A stretch of DNA of 64,000 nt from Spirochaetia bacterium (GCA_963675665.1 OY776510.1:4000001-4064000); one strand, 5' to 3'; positions 44,375 through 54,265 are shown, counted from the stretch's first letter. Notes: generated from the letters alone by a model not told the origin. Program-made: numbers and translations.

Positions 44375-45880
44375 TTATAAACCCTTAATATCAGAAAAGG
44401 ATTCTTTTAAAACAGGATACAGTTTCCTGAAAACAGGACCGGCTTTTCTGTAGAACTCAGTCATGTCATTATCGGGAAAAACAACCGTTTCATCATTTCT
44501 AAAAGAACCGGGCAGTTCAAAGGAATCAAACCAGCCGCTTGCCTTTCCGGCAATAAGGAGGTTGCCTGTAAGACCTGCTTCTGAAGTTGCGGGCGAGAGT
44601 ATTACGCGGCAGCCGGTAACCGAAGCGATTATTTCTGTCCAGAGACTGTTGGATGCGCCCCCACCTGAAATCCTGATTTCCAGGCGTTCATGACTGCCCT
44701 CTGTAATCGTCCCGAGAATTGAATCAAGCGAATAAGCCACCCCCTCAAGAACAGCCCTGAACATTGCGCCTTTGCCCGTGCCCCTGTTCAGTCCGATAAA
44801 CGCCCCGCGGGCATCAGGGTCTCTGAACGGCGAACGCTCGCCGGACAGGTAAGGCAGGTAAAAAACCCCGTTGCTGCCTGGTTTGACGGCAGAAGCTTCT
44901 TCCGTAAGGGTATGGAAATCAGCTGACGTGCCGGTTGCGCCCGATAATCCGGAGAGTATCCCGGCGGCCCATTCCGTGTTTCCGCCGGCGGTTATCATTG
45001 AACCTATATTTATCACTTTTGAAGGATCCGGATGCTTCAAATTGAATATTCCTGTTGCAGGGTCAACAGTACGGTCACCTGTTGTTGTAATCCAGCCTGA
45101 AGTGCCAAGATAACATGAAAGAACACCGGCAACCCCGGAGCCCGCACCTATAGTCGAAGAGCCTGCGTCGCCGGCCCCGTGTAACACAGTCAGACCGGCC
45201 GGAAGTCCGGTAAGTCCTGAAGCTTCGGCCGAAACTTTTCCTGCCGGTTCATCCGCCCCCTGCAGAACAGGAAACCTTTCTGTGGAAATACCTATAAAAT
45301 CAGCAAGCCCGCTGTTCCATGAGTTTTTATCAAAATCCAGCAGCTGGGTTGTTGATGCATTGGTATAATCCGTTACAAAAGCCCCGGTAAGCTTCCAGCA
45401 GATATAATCATGCGCACCCATCAGAAAAAATGTTTCGTCGTCAGCAAGCTCCGGCCGGTTTTTTCTGAGCCACAGGAATTTTGAAGGAAGCCCCGCTGCA
45501 TCACTCAGGTTTGCCGAAGAGGTTATAATACGTTTTTCACCAAACTCACGGTGCAGAAACTTCAGCTCATCAGCAGCACGTGTATCTGAATACAATATGG
45601 CGTTTCCGATCGGGTGGCCGTCTTTGATGCAGACAAGGTCCTGCATTTGCCCGCTGAGAACAATAAGCTCAAAATCATTACGCTCAGATTGATTCAACAG
45701 CTCTTTTGTTCCTCTGTAGAAAGCGTTCCACCAGTGTTCAGGATCCTGCTCGGCTCTTGTTCCGTCGGTTATAACGGGGTAGTTTTCCGAAGCTGAGGCG
45801 AGAACTTCCCCGCCTTCAGTAATTATAGCCAGCTTTACAGCGGTAGTTCCGATATCGGCCGACAGAATAACACTTTTCAT
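44375..45880 (-). CDS. FGGY-family carbohydrate kinase (xylulokinase-like)
   Basis: DIGTTAVK, EQDPEHWW, SGQMQ, TDYTNAS.T, GAGD, LGTSGW, LPYLSGERSP, RAVLEGVAY, SGGGA. Confidence 0.92.
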   Translation of the reverse strand: MKSVILSADIGTTAVKLAIITEGGEVLASASENYPVITDGTRAEQDPEHWWNAFYRGTKELLNQSERNDFELIVLSGQMQDLVCIKDGHPIGNAILYSDTRAADELKFLHREFGEKRIITSSANLSDAAGLPSKFLWLRKNRPELADDETFFLMGAHDYICWKLTGAFVTDYTNASTTQLLDFDKNSWNSGLADFIGISTERFPVLQGADEPAGKVSAEASGLTGLPAGLTVLHGAGDAGSSTIGAGSGVAGVLSCYLGTSGWITTTGDRTVDPATGIFNLKHPDPSKVINIGSMITAGGNTEWAAGILSGLSGATGTSADFHTLTEEASAVKPGSNGVFYLPYLSGERSPFRDPDARGAFIGLNRGTGKGAMFRAVLEGVAYSLDSILGTITEGSHERLEIRISGGGASNSLWTEIIASVTGCRVILSPATSEAGLTGNLLIAGKASGWFDSFELPGSFRNDETVVFPDNDMTEFYRKAGPVFRKLYPVLKESFSDIKGL

Positions 45881-46665
45881 GCAACCTCCAGGAACTGCCT
45901 GAACCGGGACAGATAACCCGAGATTTTGTTATCTCCGCCGATGACTGCTTTCAGAAAGGATGTGCCGACTATAACGGCGTCAGCGCCGGCCTTCTCTGCT
46001 TCAACCGCATCAGCCGGAGAGTTAATACCGAAACCGACGCCGACGGGAAGGCGTTCGGGCGCTGCCAGCCGCTTTGCCATATCAAGCCGTCTGAGAAACG
46101 ATTCTCCGACGGAGAATTGTCCCCCGGTCGGGCCTTCCGACGACTGAAGATAAAGAAAACCGCTTGTAAGGCCGATTATCTCTTTCATCTCTTTTTCAGA
46201 AAGTCCCGTTACCGCAAAACTGACAACCTCTACTCCTGTTTTCGAAGCCTCAACAAAAAGCTTTCTCCGGTTTTCCATGGTGATATCAGGAACAAGGACC
46301 GCACTGATTCCGCATTCCGCACAGTCGGAAACCAGTTCCCTTATTCCGTACTGAATAAGGGTATGCTCATAAAGCATCGTAATACCGTTAAGCCCGCAGG
46401 CGGTTATAATCTTTCCGGAATCAATGTTGAATGCCGAAATACTTCTGTCCGCTCTGGTCAGTTTTGAAAGTGTGCCTTTAATCAGTTCACCGTCAAGAAA
46501 GGGTGTAGCCGTCGGCATTCCGACCTCAATAAACTTCAGTCCGCCTTCGGCCAGTTGCCGGACTATACGGAGAAATCCGTCGTTGTCCGGAAAAAGCGCC
46601 GGAAGATACCCGATAAGAGGCGCCCTTTTTCGTTTTTCAATAAAATTGAATATTTCGTTTTTCAT
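45877..46665 (-). CDS. Tryptophan synthase alpha-subunit-like TIM-barrel lyase (orphan TrpA homologue)
   Basis: IEVGMP...P..DG, VLVPD, GFLYLQS..GPTG, PVGVGFGI, GADAVIVGTS; no trpB or other trp gene in the window. Confidence 0.88.
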   Translation of the reverse strand: MKNEIFNFIEKRKRAPLIGYLPALFPDNDGFLRIVRQLAEGGLKFIEVGMPTATPFLDGELIKGTLSKLTRADRSISAFNIDSGKIITACGLNGITMLYEHTLIQYGIRELVSDCAECGISAVLVPDITMENRRKLFVEASKTGVEVVSFAVTGLSEKEMKEIIGLTSGFLYLQSSEGPTGGQFSVGESFLRRLDMAKRLAAPERLPVGVGFGINSPADAVEAEKAGADAVIVGTSFLKAVIGGDNKISGYLSRFRQFLEVA

Positions 46666-47636
46666 CAGCCCTTCTTCTTGGCAAGACTTGAAACAAGGAC
46701 TGCCAGTATTATTATCATGCCGGTAAGGATCGATTGGACATAGGTGTTTATACCCAGAATATTAAGCCCGTTGCCCATCACCCCCATTATAAAAACCCCA
46801 AGCAGGGTCCCCCATACATTGGCCTCGCCTTCCCTGAATGCCGTCATTCCTAGAAAAACTGCTGCCGCTGCATTTAGCATAAACGGCGCGCCGGCCTGGG
46901 GATGCGCTGAATACAGGCGGCTTGTAAGCACAATTCCGCCGAGAGCAGCAAAAAATCCGGATATGCCGAAGGCCGCCATGCGAATCCTTCTTGTATTTAT
47001 TCCGGAAAGAAATGAAGCTTCCTCGTTGCCGCCAATCGCATAAAGCCTGCGCCCGTAAACCGTCTGTTCAACAAGGGTATAAATAATTACAAGTACCAGG
47101 AGCATTATCAAAACGGACACCGGAATAAATCCCAGATTCCCCTGCCCGATAAACCTGAAATTCTCCGGCAGTCCGAAAATTGTCGTCCCCTTCGACAAAA
47201 GAAGAGCGGCGCCCCCGTAGGCAGTCATGGTTGCCAGCGTACCTACAAAGGCCGACAGCCCCCCGTAAGCGATAAGCAGGCCATTCAACAGCCCAGCCGC
47301 TGTTCCGATTCCAAGAGCACAGATTATGCTCACAGCGGTGCCGGCGCCGGCCTGCATCATCATTGCGGCAATTATTCCGACCAGGCTTGATACCGCCCCT
47401 ACCGACAGGTCAAAATCACCCGTAATCATTACCACAGTCACGCCGGAAGCAACTATTGAAAGGGTTGCGACCTGTTCGATAATATTTCTCAGGTTTCTGG
47501 CCGACGGAAAAACATCCGGCCTGATCAGCGTAAAGATGATCATCAGCAGAATGAAACAAAGAAGTGTGCCCCAGGTTCTTATAAGTCTCACCGGGTTCAG
47601 TTTTTCAGTTCGGTATTTATTTTCTGTTAAATCCAT
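46665..47636 (-). CDS. Sugar ABC transporter permease (RbsC-like)
   Basis: TVVMITGDFDLSVG, AFVGTLAT, YGRRLYAIGGNEEASFLSGI; start placed at ATG 47636. Confidence 0.93.
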   Translation of the reverse strand: MDLTENKYRTEKLNPVRLIRTWGTLLCFILLMIIFTLIRPDVFPSARNLRNIIEQVATLSIVASGVTVVMITGDFDLSVGAVSSLVGIIAAMMMQAGAGTAVSIICALGIGTAAGLLNGLLIAYGGLSAFVGTLATMTAYGGAALLLSKGTTIFGLPENFRFIGQGNLGFIPVSVLIMLLVLVIIYTLVEQTVYGRRLYAIGGNEEASFLSGINTRRIRMAAFGISGFFAALGGIVLTSRLYSAHPQAGAPFMLNAAAAVFLGMTAFREGEANVWGTLLGVFIMGVMGNGLNILGINTYVQSILTGMIIILAVLVSSLAKKKG

Positions 47637-47638
47637 TT

Positions 47639-49135
47639 TCAGTTTTTCCTTCCATAGCAAAAATTAAGATACTGCTCCTGATTTATTCCCGAGTTTTTTT
47701 CAACAAAAGTCTGTTTGCCTTCGAAAAGAAAAAGTATTCTGTCGCAAAGACCTAAAATCTCATTAAAATCGGAACTTACAAGCAGTACAGCCGCACCTGC
47801 GTCGGCTATTTTCCTGATTAGTGTATAAATCTCGAAGCGTGCTCCGACATCGACGCCTTTGGACGGCTCATCAAGCAGCAGTAGCCTGGGCGGGTTGAGA
47901 ATCGTTTTAGCAAAAACAACTTTCTGCTGGTTACCCCCCGAGAGAGTTCCGGCATGGTTTCTGTAATCGGCTGTTTTAAGTTTAACATCCTTCCCCACGG
48001 ACTCTGCGGCCTGCCTGAGCTGCTTGTGTCTCAAAAACCCAAGCGAGGCAAGAGAATCAAGATACATAAGGGAAATATTGTCATAGATTGCCCTGTTCAG
48101 AACAAGCCCCTGTTTACGTCTTTCCTCGGGCACAAGTACAACGCCCTGCTTTACCGCCTGTTTGGGAGAGGAAGGCTTGTATTCACTGCCGGAAAGCTGC
48201 ATACTGCCGTTTTCAAGCTTTCTGGCCCCGAAGATAGTCTCAAGCAGCTCAGTCCGGCCGGCCCCGACAAGACCGCCTATCCCCAGGATTTCACCGCTTT
48301 TCACATCGAAATTGATATTATTGATATCGGAATTTCGGCAATTTTCCATTCTGAAGACAGTATTCCCCCGTACAGACTTTTTTTCCGGAAAAACCGACCC
48401 GAGATCACGGCCTATCATCAGTGATATCAGTTTGTCTTTATCGAGTTCCGATGCCGGACTTTCTTTAACAACCTGCCCGTCTCTCATCACCGTTACGCTG
48501 TCACAGATTCTCAGGACATCATCAAGATTGTGCGACACATAGACTATGGTCCGCCCCTGCTGCTTCAGTACGCTTATGACCTCAAACAGCTTCTCCTTCT
48601 CGATATCAGTCAAAGCAGTTGCCGGTTCATCCATAAAATAAATGGAACCGTCTACCGCAAACCCCCTGGCTACTGCAATCATTGCCCTTTCAACAGCCGA
48701 CAGATAGGATACAGGCCTGTTTATCGGGATTTTCATATTCAGCCTGTCAAGGATTTCAACTGTTCTTTTTCTCAGCCCTCTCCAGTTGATGAGCCTGCCG
48801 GGTTTTTCAGGGTAATCATGACCGAGAAATATATTTTCACATGCATTGAAATAATCAATCAGGTTCAGTTCCTGGTGAATAAAACAAAGCCCGGCATCTG
48901 AAGAATCTCTTGCTGTTTTTATATCGATCTTTTTACCGTTAACAAGAATGTCGCCTGAATCAGGTTTAACCACACCTGCAAGAGATTTTATCAAAGTTGA
49001 TTTCCCCGCTCCGTTCTCTCCTACCAGACCGTGTACGGTACCCTTTTCAAAATCGAGATCCACGCCTTTGAGTGCATGGACACCCGCGTAGGATTTACTC
49101 AGACCTTTTACGGTCAGTGCTGAAGTCTGCTTCAT
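47639..49135 (-). CDS. Sugar ABC transporter ATP-binding protein (RbsA-like, two ABC domains)
   Basis: GENGAGKST, MDEPA, GLVGAGRTEL, LSGGNQQK, LDEPSKGVDVGA. Confidence 0.95.
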   Translation of the reverse strand: MKQTSALTVKGLSKSYAGVHALKGVDLDFEKGTVHGLVGENGAGKSTLIKSLAGVVKPDSGDILVNGKKIDIKTARDSSDAGLCFIHQELNLIDYFNACENIFLGHDYPEKPGRLINWRGLRKRTVEILDRLNMKIPINRPVSYLSAVERAMIAVARGFAVDGSIYFMDEPATALTDIEKEKLFEVISVLKQQGRTIVYVSHNLDDVLRICDSVTVMRDGQVVKESPASELDKDKLISLMIGRDLGSVFPEKKSVRGNTVFRMENCRNSDINNINFDVKSGEILGIGGLVGAGRTELLETIFGARKLENGSMQLSGSEYKPSSPKQAVKQGVVLVPEERRKQGLVLNRAIYDNISLMYLDSLASLGFLRHKQLRQAAESVGKDVKLKTADYRNHAGTLSGGNQQKVVFAKTILNPPRLLLLDEPSKGVDVGARFEIYTLIRKIADAGAAVLLVSSDFNEILGLCDRILFLFEGKQTFVEKNSGINQEQYLNFCYGRKN

Positions 49136-49936
49136 CTACTCAAGGTCCTCCCAGAGTCCGGCATCGGAAAACCTGTCCGTCTCATTGCTTTCATCTTTCC
49201 GCCTGATTATATATTTAAATTTATTGTTCCTGCCGTATCTTGCCGATGCAATAAAAACAGATTGCCCCGGAAGAAATGCTTCATCAAAAATCACAACCCT
49301 GCCGTCAAGACTTAGGCTGATTCTTTGCGACAGGAAAACCGGCTCTCCCGAATTCACTTCAAGCAATCCGGATTCCGGTTCGGCAATAACAGCCGGAATA
49401 ACTATCTCGCGACCTTTTGTAAGCATCAGTCCCGCTTTTTCCGACATAATCTGATACAGTGAAGATTCCCGGCTGTAAGTTTCAATTATCTCTTTATATT
49501 CATCGGGAATATATGATCGCTGAAGTATTACCGGTTTTTCCCCGATTTTTCTTAATCTTGTCAACACTGAAAATTTTTCAACATTGTCTTTAAAAATACG
49601 TTTAACCTTGCTGTTTTTAATGCCGTAATCTTTTTGAATGATTTCCGTACTGATTTTCATGGATTTTGAATCCATCTCATTCTGAAAACCCTGCAGTGAA
49701 ATATTCTCCGAATGCATTCTTTGCGCCGACACAAAAGTCCCCGTACCGTGAACAACCGAGATCAGCCCTTCTTCTTCAAGCACAGACAAAGCCTGTCTTA
49801 TTGTCATTACCGATGTTTTAAAGCTCACAGAGAGCTCTTTCTGACTGGGAAGCAATGTTCCGTTCTGCAGAGCCCCGTCTATAATTCTGTTTTTCAGCAC
49901 CCGGGCAATTTCCAGGTATCTTAACTGTTTAGCCAT
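49136..49936 (-). CDS. GntR-family (HutC/UTRA) transcriptional regulator
   Basis: LPSQKEL...TSVMTIRQAL..L.EEGLI...HGTGTFV plus a UTRA-like C-terminal domain. Confidence 0.92.
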   Translation of the reverse strand: MAKQLRYLEIARVLKNRIIDGALQNGTLLPSQKELSVSFKTSVMTIRQALSVLEEEGLISVVHGTGTFVSAQRMHSENISLQGFQNEMDSKSMKISTEIIQKDYGIKNSKVKRIFKDNVEKFSVLTRLRKIGEKPVILQRSYIPDEYKEIIETYSRESSLYQIMSEKAGLMLTKGREIVIPAVIAEPESGLLEVNSGEPVFLSQRISLSLDGRVVIFDEAFLPGQSVFIASARYGRNNKFKYIIRRKDESNETDRFSDAGLWEDLE

Positions 49937-49957
49937 TCTCTACTCTTATAGTTATAT

Positions 49958-50005
49958 AGACTTCTAGATGTCTGTATTTTAAATATATATTGACAATCTG
50001 TCAAT
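49958..50005 (-). promoter_or_regulatory. Sigma70 promoter and candidate GntR operator(s) of the ABC/TrpA-like operon
   Basis: TTGACA (50004-49999)-17 bp-TAAAAT (49981-49976); palindrome AGACTTCTAGATGTCT at 49958-49973 over the predicted start; inverted repeat ATTGACA-ATC-TGTCAAT at 49989-50005. Confidence 0.7.
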
Positions 50006-50166
50006 CTTTTTTTTGCTTAGAAACCTGAAACTGAACAGTGCTTCTGCTCATAGAAACATTATGACTGATTTTCCTGCCATATTGCAAGAAGGATTAAGAA
50101 AATTCGTCAATTTATAAGAATACAGATATTTATGTTTTAAACGCCTGACTTTCTGCAGGAGTATCC

Positions 50167-50195
50167 TTGACAATTCATATTTCAAAAGTTATGTT
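50167..50195 (+). promoter_or_regulatory. Sigma70 promoter for the riboswitch-dapBA unit
   Basis: TTGACA-17 bp-TATGTT, ~20 nt before the riboswitch. Confidence 0.7.
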
Positions 50196-50214
50196 TAGTA
50201 CAAATTATTGCACC

Positions 50215-50388
50215 GGTAATAGAGGCGCGGTATTCAATCAGTAGTATGCAGAGGAAGCGGGTTCCGAAGAAGCATTATGAAAGGTGAAACCGCCGAAGGG
50301 TTTTTTCAGCCGCTGGAAGAATTCTGGGATTAAAAGAGAATACTTTTAATACTGTCAGTGTTTTCATAACGCTGGGGCGCTATCTACC
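50215..50388 (+). ncRNA. Lysine riboswitch (L-box)
   Basis: AGAGGCGCG...AGTA...GAAAGG...CGCCGAA...CTGGG...GAATA...ACTGTC...GGGGCGCTA with P1 GGTAATAG/CTATCTACC, upstream of dapB-dapA. Confidence 0.92.
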
Positions 50389-50453
50389 ATAACCTTTCAG
50401 AGTTGCAGCATCCTGTAGCCTCTTGATTCCGGGCAAAGAATAAGGGGTAAATA

Positions 50454-51212
50454 TTGGTCAGGGTAATTTTAATAGGCTCAAACGGCAGAATGGGACAGGT
50501 ACTCACTTCTCTTATTGATGCAAGAGAAGGGATGGCAGTAACCGCCGGTATTGATCTAAATACAAAATCAGAAAACTATCCGGTTTTTAACAGCCTTCAG
50601 GACTTCAATGGTAAAGCAGATGTAATTATTGATTTCTCACACCCGGATACTATCAGTGGTTATCTACCGGAAGCCGTAAAAAGAAAACTCCCTGTTGTAA
50701 TTGCAACAACCGGTCTTTCAGATAAAATAATTACGATGATCAATGAAGCTTCAGAAAAGATCCCTGTATTCATATCAGCAAATATGTCTCTTGGAATCAA
50801 TCTTCTGCAGCAGCTTATAAGCAAAGCAGCCATGGTACTCGGAAATGAGTTCGAGGTTGAAATAGTTGAAAAACATCATAAAATGAAAAAGGATTCTCCG
50901 AGCGGAACAGCGTTAATGCTGGCTGACTCGATCAATAAAGTTAAAGGAAACAAGTTCAGAAAGGTTTGTGGACGCGAAGGCACTGATTGCCTTCGTCAGT
51001 CTGATGAGATTGGCATCCATGCGGTGCGCGGAGGCACAATAGTGGGGGAACATGATGTATATTTTACCGGTACCGACGAGGTCATTAAAATCGGGCATAT
51101 TGCATATTCCAGAAATGTGTTCGCAACAGGCGCTATAGCCGCCGCTGAGTTTTTATACAAATGCAAACCCGGCATCTATGACATGCAGGATCTTATCAGC
51201 AGCTCGGTCTGA
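50454..51212 (+). CDS. dapB: 4-hydroxy-tetrahydrodipicolinate reductase
   Basis: GSNGRMG, IIDFS, ATTG, SANMSLG, EKHHKMKKDSPSGTA, RGGTIVGEH; TTG start. Confidence 0.96.
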   Translation: MVRVILIGSNGRMGQVLTSLIDAREGMAVTAGIDLNTKSENYPVFNSLQDFNGKADVIIDFSHPDTISGYLPEAVKRKLPVVIATTGLSDKIITMINEASEKIPVFISANMSLGINLLQQLISKAAMVLGNEFEVEIVEKHHKMKKDSPSGTALMLADSINKVKGNKFRKVCGREGTDCLRQSDEIGIHAVRGGTIVGEHDVYFTGTDEVIKIGHIAYSRNVFATGAIAAAEFLYKCKPGIYDMQDLISSSV

Positions 51213-51240
51213 CCAAAACCGACTATTCAGGAGGAAATTA

Positions 51241-52119
51241 ATGAAACTTGAAGGTGTCTTTACAGCACTGGTAACCCCGTTCAATGATGAAGGGGCTGTC
51301 GATGAAAAATGTTTGCGCGATCTTGTGGATTTTCAGATAGCCAAAGGAATTTCAGGCCTTGTTCCGGTTGGGACCACCGGTGAAAGCCCGACTCTCAATC
51401 ACCAGGAACACGACAAGGTTATTGAGACTGTAATTGAACAGACAGATAAACGTGTTCCTGTAATAGCCGGTACAGGCTCCAATTCAACTGCAGAAGCTAT
51501 CAGACTTACCAAACACGCAAAAGAAGCGGGCGCGGATCTTAGTCTTCAGGTTGCCCCTTACTACAACAAACCGTCCCAGGAAGGTTTTTACAGGCATTTC
51601 ATGGCAATAGCTGATGCTATCGACATGCCCATGGTCGTTTACAATATCCCTGGACGAAGCGGCAAAAATATTGAGAACAGCACCATGCTGAAGCTTGCCG
51701 ATCACCCGAATATAGTTGCTGTCAAGGAAGCCAGCGGCAGCATCCCGCAGGTTATGGATCTCTGCCTGAAAAAACCCGATGATTTCACGATTTTGTCCGG
51801 CGACGATAATCTGGGACTGCCTATAATCGCCTGCGGAGGACGGGGAATTATCTCTGTTGCTTCAAACATCATACCTGAAGAAATGGAAGAACTTGTAAGA
51901 AGCGCCAATGCCGGAAATTTTGAAAAAGCCAGGGAAATGCATTATCAGCTTCTGCCCTTCTTCAAGGCTCTTTTCATAGATACAAACCCTGTGCCGGTTA
52001 AATACGGATGCTTTCTGAAAGGAATGATGAAAGAAGTATACAGGCTTCCGCTTTGCGGAATGAGTGATGAATATAAAAAAGATTTCGAAGAAATTATGAA
52101 GAAAACCGGACTTCTTTAG
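51241..52119 (+). CDS. dapA: 4-hydroxy-tetrahydrodipicolinate synthase
   Basis: TALVTPF, GTTGESPTL, PYYNKP, YNIPGR, VKEASG, LSGDD; start at ATG 51241 after AGGAGG. Confidence 0.97.
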   Translation: MKLEGVFTALVTPFNDEGAVDEKCLRDLVDFQIAKGISGLVPVGTTGESPTLNHQEHDKVIETVIEQTDKRVPVIAGTGSNSTAEAIRLTKHAKEAGADLSLQVAPYYNKPSQEGFYRHFMAIADAIDMPMVVYNIPGRSGKNIENSTMLKLADHPNIVAVKEASGSIPQVMDLCLKKPDDFTILSGDDNLGLPIIACGGRGIISVASNIIPEEMEELVRSANAGNFEKAREMHYQLLPFFKALFIDTNPVPVKYGCFLKGMMKEVYRLPLCGMSDEYKKDFEEIMKKTGLL

Positions 52120-52133
52120 TCCTGATAATAAGT

Positions 52134-52170
52134 AAAAGGCCATCCTGTTTTACCGGATGGCCTTTTTTTC
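52134..52170. terminator. Terminator between convergent dapA and the HEAT-repeat gene
   Basis: AAAAGGCCATCC...GGATGGCCTTTTTTT. Confidence 0.85.
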
Positions 52171-52183
52171 AAATACTGATAAT

Positions 52184-53362
52184 CTACTGAATACTTTTCA
52201 ATGCGTTTTTCGCCATTCGCATTGTCTGGTTGCTCCAGTTCGAATATTCCACCATCATAAGCACGGCATTTGCATTGGGATTTCCGCTTGCCCCCAGAGC
52301 ATTTATGCATTCCCTGATTGTACGTTCATCCTTGTACTGAATTCCGTCGGCGCGCCTCTGGTTATGGTATTCCAGGTAGCTTGTCAGCACTTCTACCGCA
52401 CTGTCGCTAGAATAAGTGCCGAGCGCCTGCAGACATGTAATCTGTTCATTTACGGCTGTGCTTCTGTTAAGCATTAATCCGAGCCATTCTACAGCAGCCT
52501 CATCGGCAACAGAGAGATCCCGAATCATTTCACAGGCCTTCAGTCTTGACCGGTCCTGAAACTGGCGCTCCGTAGGGGTAGCAGCATTATATAAAAGACC
52601 GACTTCAATTGCGGCAATTGCCGCCTCAGTCATCCTGGTGGCGTCTGCACGGCTGCGCTCCTCCACCCCCAGGGCTGCAAACCTGACTTCAAACGTATTA
52701 TCAGCCCTGATAATGTCAAGGATAAGATCTGTTGGATCTTCTATCATATTAGTTAGCGAACGTTCAGCCTTTTTAATACTTTCACGCGAGTATCTGCCTA
52801 TCGATGCAAAAAAGACCGGTTCAAAGCCGACGGGATGTTTCAACCGTTCAAGGGCGAAAACACAGGCGTCAACAACGGATTCGCGCTGTTCATTGTTCTC
52901 AATCCTGATAATATCCGAGTTTATGTAACGCAGATGCTCAGCTATCTCGGCTGCGTAGTCCCGGGCCCCGGCGGAACCGAGGCTTGTAATCGCTGTTGCC
53001 CTGAGAAACTCATCCTCAGTATCCTGCATAACCTTGAACATTTCCGGCGCGGCATCGACAGCTTTCAGGCTGCCCAGTTCGAATATCATAATTCTGCATA
53101 AATCATCATACAGCTTCTGTTCATTAAAAGTTCTTGATTCGTCCCGTGAATATACAATTTCCTTAAGGGCTTCCGTTATTACCGGCACCATATCGCGATC
53201 ATGCAGATTAACCATATTCTGCATTACGTCTATCCTGGCATCCAGATCGTATGTAGTATTATAAATTCGTGACCATACTGCCGCCGTTTCATTACCGAAT
53301 GCCGGCAATACCGAAAAAACAAGAACTGTTCCGAATGCAATTAATGCAAACTTCTTCTTCAT
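52184..53362 (-). CDS. Exported HEAT-repeat protein
   Basis: Signal peptide; AITSLG, CLQALG, CINALG repeats. Confidence 0.75.
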   Translation of the reverse strand: MKKKFALIAFGTVLVFSVLPAFGNETAAVWSRIYNTTYDLDARIDVMQNMVNLHDRDMVPVITEALKEIVYSRDESRTFNEQKLYDDLCRIMIFELGSLKAVDAAPEMFKVMQDTEDEFLRATAITSLGSAGARDYAAEIAEHLRYINSDIIRIENNEQRESVVDACVFALERLKHPVGFEPVFFASIGRYSRESIKKAERSLTNMIEDPTDLILDIIRADNTFEVRFAALGVEERSRADATRMTEAAIAAIEVGLLYNAATPTERQFQDRSRLKACEMIRDLSVADEAAVEWLGLMLNRSTAVNEQITCLQALGTYSSDSAVEVLTSYLEYHNQRRADGIQYKDERTIRECINALGASGNPNANAVLMMVEYSNWSNQTMRMAKNALKSIQ

Positions 53363-53371
53363 CCTGACTCC

Positions 53372-54265
53372 CTATTCCCACACAATAATTTCTTCCGAAA
53401 TATATTCATACTCAGTTTCAGTCCAGTCTTTAAGATCGCCGTTCCCGTCGAAGTATTCAGCCTTTACGGGAGAACCGTACTCATCATTTACATATTTGAC
53501 TGTCCGTGACACTGAACCGTTTGCCCTGAGAGCTTTTTCGACTGCAAGGTTTCCGTCGTTATAAACATACTCAACAGCGTCGACAAGTTTCTCATTCTGA
53601 TAATGGTTTTTTCTGACAGGCATATTACCGGAATAATCAATCCCGAAATACTCAACAAGGTTCGCTCCGGCATCATATATTTCAATTCTGATGTTAAGTC
53701 CGTCTTTATAGATGTATTTTGTATCGGAAAGCACAACGCCGTCGCTGTCTGCAACACTCCAGTTCAATTTATTACCATGCTCATCGTATGAATATTTTGA
53801 CAGGCTCTGCAATTGTCCTTCCGAATTAAATGATTCGCTTTTCTCAACAAAACCCGCCGAATTACAGGTAAGGATTTTCCACGACTGTATTTCGCCTCTT
53901 GCGTTAAATAAACTTCGTTTTGTCACATTATCAGAAATTTTTTCATAGACAACAGATTCAATAATCTCATCAAACGAATCAAACATGTCTTCTCTGGCAG
54001 GATTCATATCATCATTGAAAGTAAAAACCTTGTAATTCTCAATATACCCGTCGTTATAATATTCCGTTTCCTTGACAACATACGGGGTATTAACCAGCTT
54101 CCTGATCTGTACTTTTTCTTCAATCTTGGCTTCTTCTTTTACAGTATGATCAGCTGCTTTTGGCTCCTCGACCTTTTTCTTTTCCAAATCTGCTTCTGAA
54201 GTGGTTACGCATCCTGTAAAAACAAGCATACCTGTCACAATCAAGGCAGTAATAATATTTCTCAT
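53372..54265 (-). CDS. Lipoprotein with YD/RHS-like beta-hairpin repeats
   Basis: FTGC lipobox; recurring Y.YD..GN and Y.Y.DG units. Confidence 0.7.
   Translation of the reverse strand: MRNIITALIVTGMLVFTGCVTTSEADLEKKKVEEPKAADHTVKEEAKIEEKVQIRKLVNTPYVVKETEYYNDGYIENYKVFTFNDDMNPAREDMFDSFDEIIESVVYEKISDNVTKRSLFNARGEIQSWKILTCNSAGFVEKSESFNSEGQLQSLSKYSYDEHGNKLNWSVADSDGVVLSDTKYIYKDGLNIRIEIYDAGANLVEYFGIDYSGNMPVRKNHYQNEKLVDAVEYVYNDGNLAVEKALRANGSVSRTVKYVNDEYGSPVKAEYFDGNGDLKDWTETEYEYISEEIIVWE

Noticed and set aside
53372-54265. YD-like repeat lipoprotein as an RHS toxin
   Set aside because: No RHS core terminus (PxxxxDPxG), toxin domain or immunity gene.
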